Source: Octopus vulgaris (Eukaryota). Taken from it: a stretch of 64,000 bases of DNA. The notes under the pieces are model-generated. The model did no database searches. It was not told the origin of the DNA and worked only from the letters and a program-made list of their open reading frames with translations. Shown one piece after another: positions 12,161-23,554 of this stretch; positions within the stretch are counted from its first letter, which is position 1; every line of letters begins with the position of its first letter. The DNA lies in NCBI GenBank assembly GCA_951406725.2, contig OX597814.1, forward strand, positions 163,246,001 to 163,310,000. The letters are read 5' to 3'. The position numbers were made by a program, and so were the translations under genes.

Positions 12161-13318
12161 ATGGAAAAAAAATTCAAGATAGAAAATGCTAGAATAATCT
12201 TATAAAAAACATTTCTGTACCGGTTTCAGTCATTGAGACTTTTTCAACTGTAAGTATGGAAAACATCTGGAAAAATTAAAAGAAAAGTTTTTTAAAAGAA
12301 TATTTGCATAATGTTCAAATACAATTGGCATTTTCCTTGTTTCTGCCCGTTTCTCTCTCTCTCTCTTGTTTACTCTTGTGGGTTCCAGGCCGTTGCGAAT
12401 TTTTGGTAGGGAAGAAGAAGAAGAAGAAGAAGAAGAAGAAGAAGAAGAAGAAGAAGAAGGGGGAATAAGGTAGTATGATGGTAGTGAGGTATTAAATGGT
12501 CAAGTGACCTAAAATTGGCTAGTTATGGATTATAGCAGTGATTGAGACTGTTTTTTAATGAATTCTTGAGAATCTCTTGAGTGTATCATTTTTAATATTT
12601 GCGTGTGTATTTGTGTTTATTCTAAGGCCGTGGTGGATATGTCGTTTGTGGTAGACGCGTTCAAAAGGGGTCTGTATTTTGTAATAAAGAGTCTCTTTAC
12701 CAATTCGTTGGCTACAGGCTGTATTGGTAGAGGGGGGAAATTCTGAAGCTTGGATTTTTGTTATTGGCACAAAATGCTATTTTTCTGTTAAAGGGAATTT
12801 TGATCTGGGATATGTGATGAGCCATTCTTTTACGTAGACTGTTTTTTGTTTGGCCTATGTATTGCTCTTGACACCCAGAGCAAGTTAGTGTGTATATCAG
12901 GTTCTCCGAAGCACGTGTGAAGTTGCTTTTCACTGTGAAACGTTGTTTCTGTTTGAAAGAGAACTCTGATCCCTCAATTAAATTGGCGCATATCCCACAG
13001 TTGGGTCTTCCGCATTTTTTTACTGACGGCTTCTGTGTTGTTGTTGAGCGTATTCGGGCTTGTGTTAGGAGACTTTTCATAGATTGGGGTTGTCTCTTGC
13101 TTTTTATGATGGTGTGTGTTTGGAGGATTAAGTTCATTCTGTGGTCATTTTATAGCAGGGGAATGTTTTGAAGGATGGCGTCGAAGGCTTCATTGTTGAG
13201 AGAGTTGTGTGTGGAGATGTATGGCAGGGCTTTTGGTTGTAAATCCTTCTTTAATTTGGGATGTCTGAGTTCCTGGATGTTGAGTTGAAGGGCACGTTGA
13301 AAGCATATGTCAATTAAA
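12160..13318 (-). mobile_element. Penelope-like element (Neptune-type), 3' portion with GIY-YIG endonuclease
   Basis: KKCGRPNCGIC linker Zn finger, ENLIYTLTCSGCQEQYIGQTKNSLRKRMAHH; one stop and a frameshift; flanked by (TA)n and (GT)n. Confidence 0.9.
12211..12256 (-). ncRNA. Hammerhead ribozyme-like motif (U3-A8 core variant)
   Basis: Core UUGAAAA, stem II AGUC-ucaau-GACU, GAAA, palindromic ACCGGU, GUA site; stem I is poorly paired. Confidence 0.6.
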
Positions 13319-13330
13319 CACACATACACA

Positions 13331-13332
<2 letters not shown>

Positions 13333-13414
<82 letters not shown>
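13333..13414. repeat. (GT)n microsatellite
   Basis: Direct dinucleotide array. Confidence 0.98.
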
Positions 13415-13415
<1 letters not shown>

Positions 13416-13724
13416 GTTAGTTCGTGGGTCGGCTGCGTTTAGACGTAAGAGAATATATTCTCAATGCGCCTAGAGTTAAAAACTCCTGAAAGTAAGTTAT
13501 ATCCAAGCGAGACAACTCGCTTGACTCTGTTGTATACATTATGTGGTAATGTTTCAACAAAACAAAAACAAGTGTCACTGTTACGTCATGAATTACATAA
13601 GCTTACAGCTATTTCACTCGCCAATACTGGTGTGTTGTACGATAAATGTTAGGTGCACTATTGCATAAGGACTATTATCAGGTGACGTATATGACAGAGT
13701 CCATCCCACTGCCACGATAGCTCC

Positions 13725-13851
13725 TATGTATGTATGTATGTATGTATGTATGTATGTATGTATGTATGTATGTATGTATGTATGTATGTATGTATGTATG
13801 TATGTGTGTGTGTGTGTATGTATGTATGTATGCATGTACGTATGTATGTAT
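13725..13851. repeat. (TATG)n microsatellite
   Basis: Direct tetranucleotide array. Confidence 0.98.
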
Positions 13852-14062
13852 ATTGTTATTTTATTACTAAATCATGATAAAAGTGGATAGGAGAAAAGGA
13901 TAGGGAGAAAAAGGAAAAAAAATAATTGAACAAGATAAGAAAATGATGTAGAGAGAAAAATATAGAGAGAAAAATCTTGAGAGAAAAACGAAAGAGAGAG
14001 TGAGAGAGAGGGGTGGGGAGAACAAAAATATCTAGAGAAAAAACGAAATGTTTATACGCCGA

Positions 14063-14412
14063 CTATGAAGGAGTGATGCTAAGGCTCTGAAATTTTGTAT
14101 GCATTCATTTCAGCTCTTCTGATTAATAACTGCATTGTTTCTTTCCAGGTAAACTGACATCTGACTGTTCAAAGAACACTTCAAAAGTAACTAGTAGCGA
14201 CTTCTCTTGAAAATGGACGGAATTTAGCATCACGCTGTTATCAATTATCTACAGAAAAAAGGGTTTAGCCTCCAAATACATTCATGCTGATATGGTTACT
14301 ACATTAGGAGACGACACTCCAGCATTATCAACAGTGCAAAATTGGGCAGCTAACTTTTGGAGTGGAAGGGAGTCTTGAAAATGACCCACAATCTGGAGGT
14401 CCTGCAACTTTA
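14063..14412 (+). mobile_element. mariner transposon 5' fragment
   Basis: From ATG at ~14213: ...AVINYLQKKG...IHADMVTTLGDDTPALSTVQNWAANF.SGRES.ENDPQSG.P (mariner HTH region), with stop and frameshifts. Confidence 0.8.
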
Positions 14413-14689
14413 ACCTGGAATGACTAGTGGTCACTATGAACAGACTGGGTGTCTACATAAGATAAAGTGGTGATAGCTGAGGAACAACCAGAATGATGGC
14501 AAACGGAACAGTGAAGGCTGGTAGTTCCAGTTGCATCTTTTATATGTACAAACACAACACACAAAACAAACTACAGATAGATCTGAGAGGTATCCACAGG
14601 GATTCTCGTGAGAGTTGAGGATGAAAATACAAATTGAACCGATCAACTGATAACAACAATGGCACTAGAAAATCATCAATGGATTCGGA

Positions 14690-15950
14690 TAAGGTGGACA
14701 AGAAATGCTCATAAGTGTTCCACGAGTTCTTGAGGATCATGCTAGTGATTTAACAGAGGGCCAAGGTTGCTCAGAGGTATAGTAGAAAGGAGTGTGGATT
14801 TCAAAGGAGAAAGAGCCAAACACCATCGATCAGTTTAGAATAATCTCGCTAATCAATGCTGAGGGAAAGGTATTTTTCAGCATTGTTGCTTAGCACCTGA
14901 CAGCCGACCTCGCGAGAAATACCTACGTTGACATCTCAGTTCAGAAAAGAGATATCCCTCAAGATATGTAGAGCGTTAGGTATCTCCACTCAGTTGATCA
15001 GTGAAGTCTGGTTTCTCGTTTGATAGCATACCGTTACCAATCATCACCGAGAAATCAGTGAAGAACTTAAGATGTTCAATCACAACCTGAAACGCAAAGC
15101 ATAAACACAAAGCATCCCTCCGAGCACCAACCGACAATCAAATGTCTGGCTATCCACAATAAATAAGTCAGAGTTACGTGACAAGTTTCAGACCGGATTT
15201 TATCATCATGGTATCCTCTCTCAGGTTCTTTGGCCATTTTTAGTATATGAAGTTCTAATATTCACAGTAGAGGTCTTTGAGAAGAGGTTCATGATGTTCC
15301 TACAGAAATTGCTGGGGTTTCCTCAGGTACCTGAGGAGTACCTTTCTAGATGGACAGAAAGCAAGCCAAAGTATTCTATCAGCAGTCTGAAAGAAGAGTT
15401 TTTGTTAACCCATACATGGGAGGTGCTGCAATACTAAGACTCCAGCGACCTTATGATTCTCAGGCTGTTATGGAAGTCGGGACAGGGCGGAAGTCGGAAG
15501 CACCCGAGGCTATTGCAGCAGCAGAGCTGCGGCCAGTTTATAGATTGATAGTAGGCATTGTAACTCATGGAAAGGCTCGCCTAAGTAGCAACACAATATC
15601 TCTCGCTGGCAAGGTAAAAGGAAAGGACAAGGGGACAATAATCTGAAATGAGGTGTGAATATCACCTGAGGAGGATCGAGCCAACAAGTGTTGGGATACA
15701 ACACCAGGGAGCCTGGTCAGCCTGAACTTTTGGACCTCCTATCGTGCCTATCTAACTTATACTGCTAGAGGAAAGTAGAGTCACCAGTTTCTCCTCTGTA
15801 TCTGAGGAAAAGGAGCTCATCCTCAGCTACTATTAAAAAGCCTTGGGCAAGGAACAAGACTGCTGGAGACATGACCGGGTCCTGAACGCAATAACATACA
15901 TTATCGACAATGGGTTTAATCATTACAAGGAGCTCCGACCAACAAGAATA
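14690..15950 (+). mobile_element. Decayed HERO-clade non-LTR retrotransposon
   Basis: GVWISKEKEPNTIDQFRIISLINAEGKVFFSIVA..YVDISVQK; HGILSQVLWPFLVYEV; VGTGRK; WRHDRVL. These are motifs I recognise from HERO RT/RLE ORFs; many deletions. Confidence 0.75.
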
Positions 15951-16508
15951 AGGGGTTTTTAAACACTGGTGTGAAGATGACGCTAGCTGTCAGGTCATCC
16001 TCTACAGGTTTAAAATCTTCAATTTCAAGGCTACCCCATCCGTCCGTCTTGGTTTGAATTTTGTAGCAGCTGGTAGATTCATGTTGCTTACTGCCAGTAA
16101 ACTAACGGAGACAACACTTGAGTATCACCTGAGGAAACACAACTGATCTCATTATGCAAACAAACAGTTGCATAATCAATTGCCTAAATTTTTAGAGAAC
16201 CACGTTGGGTGGAAACAATTGTAGTGATTAAAAAATAACTGTCCAACCGTACTTCTTGTTGACCCCAATTTCTCCAATTTTATATTCATACACGACGAAT
16301 ACCCAAACATAAACCTGGAAGTATATAATAATACTACCTGTTAGTATTGGGTAATTCTGATGGTGGACGGGTTTTATACTGTACTCTGCCATGCTCTAAC
16401 GGAATATACCATAACTATATATATATATATATACTTAAGATTCGGTTGAATTAGGTACTAAAGTTGAAGCACCAAGTCAGTCCGATATTATCCGCACAGC
16501 TCAAAGTA

Positions 16509-16789
16509 ATTGAACAATGCAATCATTACATCAATTTAAATGCAATGGTATCTTCAGTTGCACAAGTAAATAAATGGAATTTTAACAAGTAGGACACATT
16601 AATATAATTATTATTAAATATTTTAACAGAGTAAGAAGATGGAAGAAATTCCTGTTGTCGCTATTGTAGCAAAGAATAGACAACTTCTAAGAATCGCATG
16701 GAGCATAGAGGGGTCATAGGGTTGTAAGGGATGTAATTCATTTCTAATTCATTTATTTCTTTATCAACAACTAAATCTGAGACTAGAAA

Positions 16790-16838
<49 letters not shown>

Positions 16839-17059
16839 TATACGTATACATATACATACACATATACACACATATACATATATATGAGTCTATTCTTAGC
16901 TACAATAACGACACATGAATTTCTTCCATCTTCTTGCTCTGTTAAAATATTTGAGAAAAATTATATTAATGTGTCCCAATTGTTAAAATTTTACTTATTT
17001 ATTTGTGCAGCTGAAGAAAGCATTGTATTTAAATTCATGTAATGATTGCATTGTTCAAT
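16509..17059. repeat. ~172-bp imperfect inverted repeat with ~205-bp spacer
   Basis: 16509-16681 is the reverse complement of 16888-17059 with scattered substitutions. Confidence 0.9.
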
Positions 17060-17176
17060 CAAATGGAGTCGCTTGAAACGGTCGTACTGCATCACTACTT
17101 GATATCCTGTTGCTTATTTTGATTATATATATATATATATTATATACATCATACATACACACACACACACACATAC

Positions 17177-17273
<97 letters not shown>

Positions 17274-17274
17274 C

Positions 17275-17410
17275 AGCGGGCTTCTTTCAGTTTTCATCGA
17301 CCAAATTCACTCACAGGCCTTTGGTCAGCCTGCGGTTATGATAGAAAACATTTGCTCGGAACCAAGTGGTTGAAAAGCAAACTTTTTACCATACAGTCAC
17401 GCCTGCGCCA
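17275..17410 (-). mobile_element. SINE 5' fragment
   Basis: GGGCTTCTTTCAGTTT...CACTCACA...CCTGCGCC, same family as 47296-47700. Confidence 0.75.
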
Positions 17411-17430
17411 ATGTCCGTATGTGTGAGTGA

Positions 17431-17468
<38 letters not shown>

Positions 17469-17800
17469 ACGCGCACACACACACATACTGCCGTTGGTTA
17501 GGTGCACTGATTTTAAACGTCTTGTCAGTTGTAAGTCCGTTGCTTTTGAGATTTATCATTTAGAATAGTTAAGTAATTGTTTAACGGTTTCTTAGGTTTA
17601 TCACTGTATTTGCTTAGAAACAGGACTCGATATTTCAACTCGGGTACAGCGAGCCAGAACAAATGCTGCAGCGTATTGCAAAGGATGCTGTTACGGCCTG
17701 GATAATTCGATTGTATATGTGTACACACACACACACACACACACACAGAAACATACGCACGCGCACACACATTCACACACGCTGCGCATACACCCACATG

Positions 17801-17846
<46 letters not shown>

Positions 17847-17875
17847 ATACAATATGTTACATTACTCGGTAGTCA

Positions 17876-17938
17876 AGATAAAACTCTGAGTTTCAGATGC
17901 CGAAGTGGAAATCCACAACACCATCTCTTCGGTTATCT
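17876..17938 (-). ncRNA. Hammerhead ribozyme-like motif in PLE 3' region
   Basis: Stem I AGAUAA/UUAUCU, core CCGAAGA (U4>C), long stem II GAUG..GUGG-auuu-CCAC..CAUC, extra U before GAAA, pseudo-palindromic stem III ACUC-A-GAGU, GUU site. Confidence 0.65.
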
Positions 17939-18142
17939 GGCTATTTGAAAACGTTATGAAAAAATACCGTTAAAAATGAAGGGAAATTACTCTGTTATAA
18001 CTCTGCTTTGCCTGCGTACTTATACATCGCTCGCATTTTTCGTCATAAAAATTATATAAAAATACATAAAAATATATAAAAATATATAAAAATATATAAA
18101 AATATATAAAATCTTCTTGGGACATAACACAGAAAGCATGTT

Positions 18143-19975
18143 CTATCCGTTTTCTTTAGGGGACCAAAAACGTAACAGAAATTTAGTCACATGTGGGCAT
18201 GATCCGAAAAGTTCTGTCCTTGTATTTAGACATGTGGTAGGGTCTAAGCTGCTTTTCCAGATAAGCCATCTCTCCATGTCGCATAAACCGCACCTTCCGC
18301 TGCCGTTAGTATAGGGCTTACATCTGGCCAAAATCTTCCATTGTATGTTATAATCGACACCTTTATCTCTTAAAGACCAAATATGATTGGATAATTGTGT
18401 CGCTTTTCTTTTGTTCCAGTGCCTAAAGCTCAAAGTGTGGTTATTGAACCTGGCCTTGAAATTACCCTCTGTCAGGCCCACGTATTTCTTCGTCAAAACG
18501 GTGTCTTTAGTGGTTATAGAGTTTACGGTAGCTTCATATATGATGGTCTTGGACATGCAAGCTCCATTTAGCGGGCACAATTCTTTATTCCTGCATGAAC
18601 AGCTGTTTTCTTCTTGTGTTTTTTGTATGTTATGATTGATTATGTTTTTAAAATTGGTAGTTGAACTAAAACTAATTTTTAAATTGTGTCTATTGAAGAG
18701 TTTCCTATAAGCATGGTTAACTGGAAAATGTCTATCTATCAGTGCTAGGAAATATTTACCTATATTGAAGGCCACCTCGGGTGAGTAAGGGGGCGTAAAC
18801 CAGATGACCTTCCTATTTCTATTATTCCTTTTCCTTATTGTTGGGCTGGTGATAGGTGTATATTTTATTTTTTCGCTAAAACCACTATCTTTTAAAGCTT
18901 TATTATAAACTGGGGCAACGCTATTGAAGATGTCCTCATTAGATGAGAGGCTAGAAATCCTCTTACTAATATTTTTAACTAAATTTTTGAATACTATAGG
19001 GGGATGGCATGAACCTACATTAATATAACTTAGTCTATCATTGGGCTTCCTATAAGGCTTATAAATATTATTATTAAGATCTAAGGAAACGTCTAAGAAA
19101 TTGACAACCGTCAGGTTAGTGTCTATAGTTATACTAAGTCCGAAGTGTTTCATTAACTGGATAATATCCTTCCTAAAACGATCTTGTGCTGGTCCATTTG
19201 TATTAGCTGTTAAGGCGAGGGCATCATCTTTGTAGATGGCGAAATGTACGTTAGGGAATGTCTTACTGAAGGTATCTAGGAGAAAGAGTCCAATTAGATC
19301 ACAGATGCCTGCCCCATCATATGAACCCATGCTCACATCGAAAGCGCCCTCCGTGTCGGTGTTTTTTACCCACTTTGCATTCTCACTGAAAAGTAATGTC
19401 TTTCTAGCATGGAAGATTATATCCTTATCATTGGTACTAATTTCTATGAAGTCACTAGCGAAGATTAGGGCTTTATCTAGCAGTTCTTTAGAGATAGAGG
19501 CATAAAAATCAACAATATCGAATTGTGTAAACCTCGCTTTTTTCTTATTCTTAATAGCTTTAAACCAGTCTACGACTTCTATACTATTGGACCATTGCAC
19601 TAGCCTAGTATCGGTCTTAATTTTCGTATTTATTTTATCTAAAATTTCTTTGCTAATAATCCCTAGTTCTGACTTGGCTGGGTTGATAAGCCTACATTTA
19701 GGATTGGAAAGGAAGTTTTCTTTGTGGTCTTTAATAGTAATAAAGGCCTCTTTTTGGGGGAGGGTTTCTATTTTTTTATCTAATTTAAGTTTAGCGGCGA
19801 TGACGCTAGCTTCTTTATTAATTTCGTTATATGTCTGTGCCCTAGCCTTAGTATAATTATTAATGATGCTGTTGTGTAAGAGTTGTGTGTATTTGCTGTT
19901 ATCTACCAGGTATAAGTTCTTGGTTTTATCCGAAAAAAGTGCTTTTTTCTTGGAGCTTTTTATATGATCAATATC
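18143..19975 (-). CDS. PLE reverse transcriptase / GIY-YIG endonuclease, N-terminally truncated (~610 open codons, no native start)
   Basis: Frame is open 125 codons upstream of the listed 485-aa ORF: SDKTKNLY, FITIKDHKENF..PKCRLINPAKSELG; then QFDIVDFY, MGSYDGA, IYKDD, NFLDV, CSCRNKELCPLNGAC, IIY...YVG.TE..FKARF.NH, CGLC. Confidence 0.9.
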   Translation of the reverse strand, partial: DIDHIKSSKKKALFSDKTKNLYLVDNSKYTQLLHNSIINNYTKARAQTYNEINKEASVIAAKLKLDKKIETLPQKEAFITIKDHKENFLSNPKCRLINPAKSELGIISKEILDKINTKIKTDTRLVQWSNSIEVVDWFKAIKNKKKARFTQFDIVDFYASISKELLDKALIFASDFIEISTNDKDIIFHARKTLLFSENAKWVKNTDTEGAFDVSMGSYDGAGICDLIGLFLLDTFSKTFPNVHFAIYKDDALALTANTNGPAQDRFRKDIIQLMKHFGLSITIDTNLTVVNFLDVSLDLNNNIYKPYRKPNDRLSYINVGSCHPPIVFKNLVKNISKRISSLSSNEDIFNSVAPVYNKALKDSGFSEKIKYTPITSPTIRKRNNRNRKVIWFTPPYSPEVAFNIGKYFLALIDRHFPVNHAYRKLFNRHNLKISFSSTTNFKNIINHNIQKTQEENSCSCRNKELCPLNGACMSKTIIYEATVNSITTKDTVLTKKYVGLTEGNFKARFNNHTLSFRHWNKRKATQLSNHIWSLRDKGVDYNIQWKILARCKPYTNGSGRCGLCDMERWLIWKSSLDPTTCLNTRTELFGSCPHVTKFLLRFWSPKENG

Positions 19976-20765
19976 TTTTTTTCTTTTTTTTTTTTTTTTT
20001 TTTTTTTTTCATTTAGCGGGCACAATTCTTTATATATATATATATGCGTGTATGTATGTATGTATACATACGGAGTTATGTATACAAATTACAAATATAT
20101 GCGTACATATATAAAGCCGCACACGCGCACATGTCTGAGTGTTTATGTTCCCATATTATGTATGTACATGTTTGTGTATACACATATATATTTATATATG
20201 TATGTATATGTATATATATTTATTAGTTGATACTCTATACATACATACATACATACATACATACGTGTTGAGTGATAGAGTTCATATACGTACATATATG
20301 CATACATATATATATACAAATATTTACGTATAAATATGCACACATATTCTACGTGTATATAAATATTTGTGCGTGTGTACTTACGTTTATGTATGTATAT
20401 ATTGTGTGCATACATATATGCATACATACATGCATATATACATAATACATATATATATGCATATATGCATGCATACATTCACACATGAAGGCATCATGTT
20501 TATAGATATATAGATTTATTAGATTTAAAAACACTCTCTGGCACACATATGCACACCCGGAAGCATAAAACCATATGTGTATCGTTATTTAAATTGGGAT
20601 AAACAAAAAGGAGTGAAAACTTTTAGCAGACTGTATGCATATTACATGTAGCCCTTAATGTTTACATCGATTTCATTATTACACAACAATATTTCCTCCC
20701 TTCTCTTACTTTTTACTATAAAGGCCATTTAAAGTAAACACGAGAAATTCGATTCATGACTTATA

Positions 20766-20777
20766 AGTGACGTCACT
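20766..20777. promoter_or_regulatory. Perfect palindromic CRE/ATF site (AGTGACGTCACT)
   Basis: TGACGTCA consensus ~430 bp upstream of the candidate first coding exon. Confidence 0.35.
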
Positions 20778-21198
20778 ATCTATCACCAAGACAATTTGTG
20801 GTTTTCAGTTTTAGCTATTGATATAGGTCAATCGACTACACCTCCCCCATAATTTGCAGTCTTGTATTTATGATTGAAATCAATATAAACCAACGTTTCT
20901 CCACAAAGGTACAGCAGTGTATGCTTGTATAATTTCCTCGGTATAATTTTTTCGGTTTGGCTTAGCCTCGGTTAAACAAGCCGTCGCAATTCCTTCACAT
21001 GGTCTATTCAATTTTAGTTCCTCGTTGCCTTGTTCACTCCCTCACTCTATACTTCACGCGTTCTTTCCCGCGCTATACACCCCTCACTCTCTCTTTTTCT
21101 CTCTGTCTTTCACCACTGAACACGCTCACCTTCGTACACACAGATCTACCTTGGAGTGAGGAGTATGAAGTAAGCAGCAGTCCCGCATTGATGTTTAT

Positions 21199-21272
21199 AT
21201 GATGGCGGACCGAAATACGGATCATCTGCACAGTACAAATGTTGCAGATAGGGACAATGCATTTAGACAGCA
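21199..21272 (+). CDS. Probable first coding exon of an unidentified host gene, (M)MADRNTDHLHSTNVADRDNAFRQ, phase-2 donor
   Basis: ATG ATG GCG start, open frame to a consensus CA|GTGAGT donor, located in a CpG-retaining, transposon-poor segment (~20.6-23.5 kb). Confidence 0.6.
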
Positions 21273-23554
21273 GTGAGTAAAATTCCTTTCACCTCATCCT
21301 CTATATTCTGCAATTCCGAATGCATCAACTGGTTGCTTGTTTTAAGGATGCATCCATGTCTGACTTAACCAAGTGCTCGCTCCTTGTCTATTACGTACAT
21401 ACCTATATACGAATACCATTTCATACACACGTAACCCCGGGGACGTTACTTCTTCTTTTTTCTTGCTCCCACTGCTACTAATATTCTCCACCTCGTTATA
21501 ATTTAGCTGTAACTACCCAGGAATTGTTTTCGTTATTAGTATTCCTGCTCTTTTATGCATATTTATTTATGAATTTATTTTTCTCTAAAGTTTGGGTATC
21601 TTTCTTATTTTTATTTTTAGATCGTTCATTAATTTCACATTACGATATTCGCTGGATATATTAGTTCATTCCAAAAATACATTTTATTTCTGAGACAGTC
21701 TGGGGAAATACATATTAATGGTTGCATGCAGTTGTCCTGTGAGCCTTTTTTAAAAAGAAACTTGACTTAAACAGGCATTTACTTTCCACGCCCCGCCAGT
21801 CTGTGCTGGACTTCACTAAATCACTTATGATGCAAACGGATTCTCTTTTCCCCTTGCTTAGCCTACAAATATGTTTGTTGAACATTTCACTTCTTTTGTT
21901 TTGCTAGTAACATACAAATAATTTCAGTCTAGATTAGTACCCTATATTCAGTTTTTCATCTCCCTTAACCAATCAACAAACTAACAAACAAACAAAACTT
22001 GCTAGACACGTATGCTAATAAAAGTCGAGACAACTTTTAAAATCTTTATAGCTTTAACTTTTACTCCCATGATTGATTTGTTTTGTTTGTTACTTTTTTT
22101 TTTAGAGTTACTTGTCTTGCTTACGATCATTTTTTTCCTTATTATGATCTTATATTTTCTGAAACAGAACCATTCTATATATATATATATATATATATAA
22201 TGTGTTTGTATGTGTGTTTTGTAATAATGTGCGTGTGTTTTATAAATGATATACATCTATTTGTTGCGGATTTTTCATTATAACGTCATAATTATTATTT
22301 ATTTGCGTCTCTTGGCTCGCAAATTTTGATTTTCGAATCATGTCGCAGTCAAGCTGACTTAGTGCTATCCCTGTTTATGCACCATTCCACTTTATTGTCT
22401 ATCTCGCTTGAACTGTTCAACTGCAACAGCTTAATTAGCTTTTAATATATTTCTGTTGCAACTATCACGAAAATTTTCCTAACATCTGTCATGAAGTTTT
22501 TTTAGTCACCCTGTTTACAAACAGATTCAAACCCTAAATCGCTCGGTATTTCCGATCGATTTATTATTATTTATTTACATTCCTCTTATAGGTTTCCGTT
22601 TTATTTATTTTTTTTTTACCCCCACCCCATTTTTTTGTACACCTGACTGACGTGTCACTATATTCCAAGATACCCTTCAAAAATACACATACACATATGT
22701 GCAAGAGGTAGTCTTAGATTTTATATATGTTTATCAGCGATAAAAATAATATTAGGAATAGCAATAAACTGTAGAATTAAACGCCATAATATTTTATACA
22801 CTTTTTCTTCCGATAGTGCTTTCATTAACACACCACGTGATTATTGCATTGCCAGATTTATTCTTTTCGTATATAGGTTTTTGTAAATAAATTAAAGCAA
22901 CATTGTCTCCTGTACTGCTTATATGCAGTGTATTTTCATTCACGTCACTGACATTGCATTATTCATTAACTGCTTAAATATTTCAATAAATTTATTCAAA
23001 TGTTTATAATTAGAATGAATTATGTAGATAGTTATCGACGCCGTTTATTTGCATATATCCGCTTGTCCATTTTCGAGATATTTCTGTATTCAAAATTATT
23101 TTTAATACGAAAATGTCAAGTGTAATTATTAGCTAGAACTTATATTTATTGACATAGCTTTTCTAACTTCTCCCCCTTTAAAACCAATGTTATTTGGTAT
23201 AGTTTTTAAAAAGCAACAACGAAAAACTTCCATGCTTAGTTGTAAAACTTTAATAATTTCATCAAAAGAATGCTGTATGTTATTGACTCATTTCCTTTAC
23301 TTTTCTATATTGATTAGTTTGAGGTGATCTTGTGTATAAAAGTGTATAAAATAATATGGCATTTAATTCTCATCTCTGACAATCATTTCTGTGCATTCTA
23401 AAACACCCCTTCATAATCAGTCCTGTTAATTTTTGTTTTGTTTATTGTTATTTTTTAATATTTGAGTCAGATATGCAGAAACCATTATAATATTTATTGC
23501 AATCGACAAGGCATCTATCTTATCAGCATGCCTTTGTGTTTACAAAAATAACCA

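Larger units (their letters stand above)
17845..20033 (-). mobile_element. Penelope-like retroelement (Naiad-type), 5'-truncated, young, inserted in (TA)n
   Basis: Uninterrupted RT+GIY-YIG frame, 3' region with a 10-mer tandem repeat and hammerhead-like motif, (TA)n on both flanks. Confidence 0.93.

Noticed and set aside
18143-18640. Selenoprotein recoding as reported for some Naiad PLEs
   Set aside because: There is no in-frame TGA, the Cys positions are ordinary codons, and no SECIS was identified.
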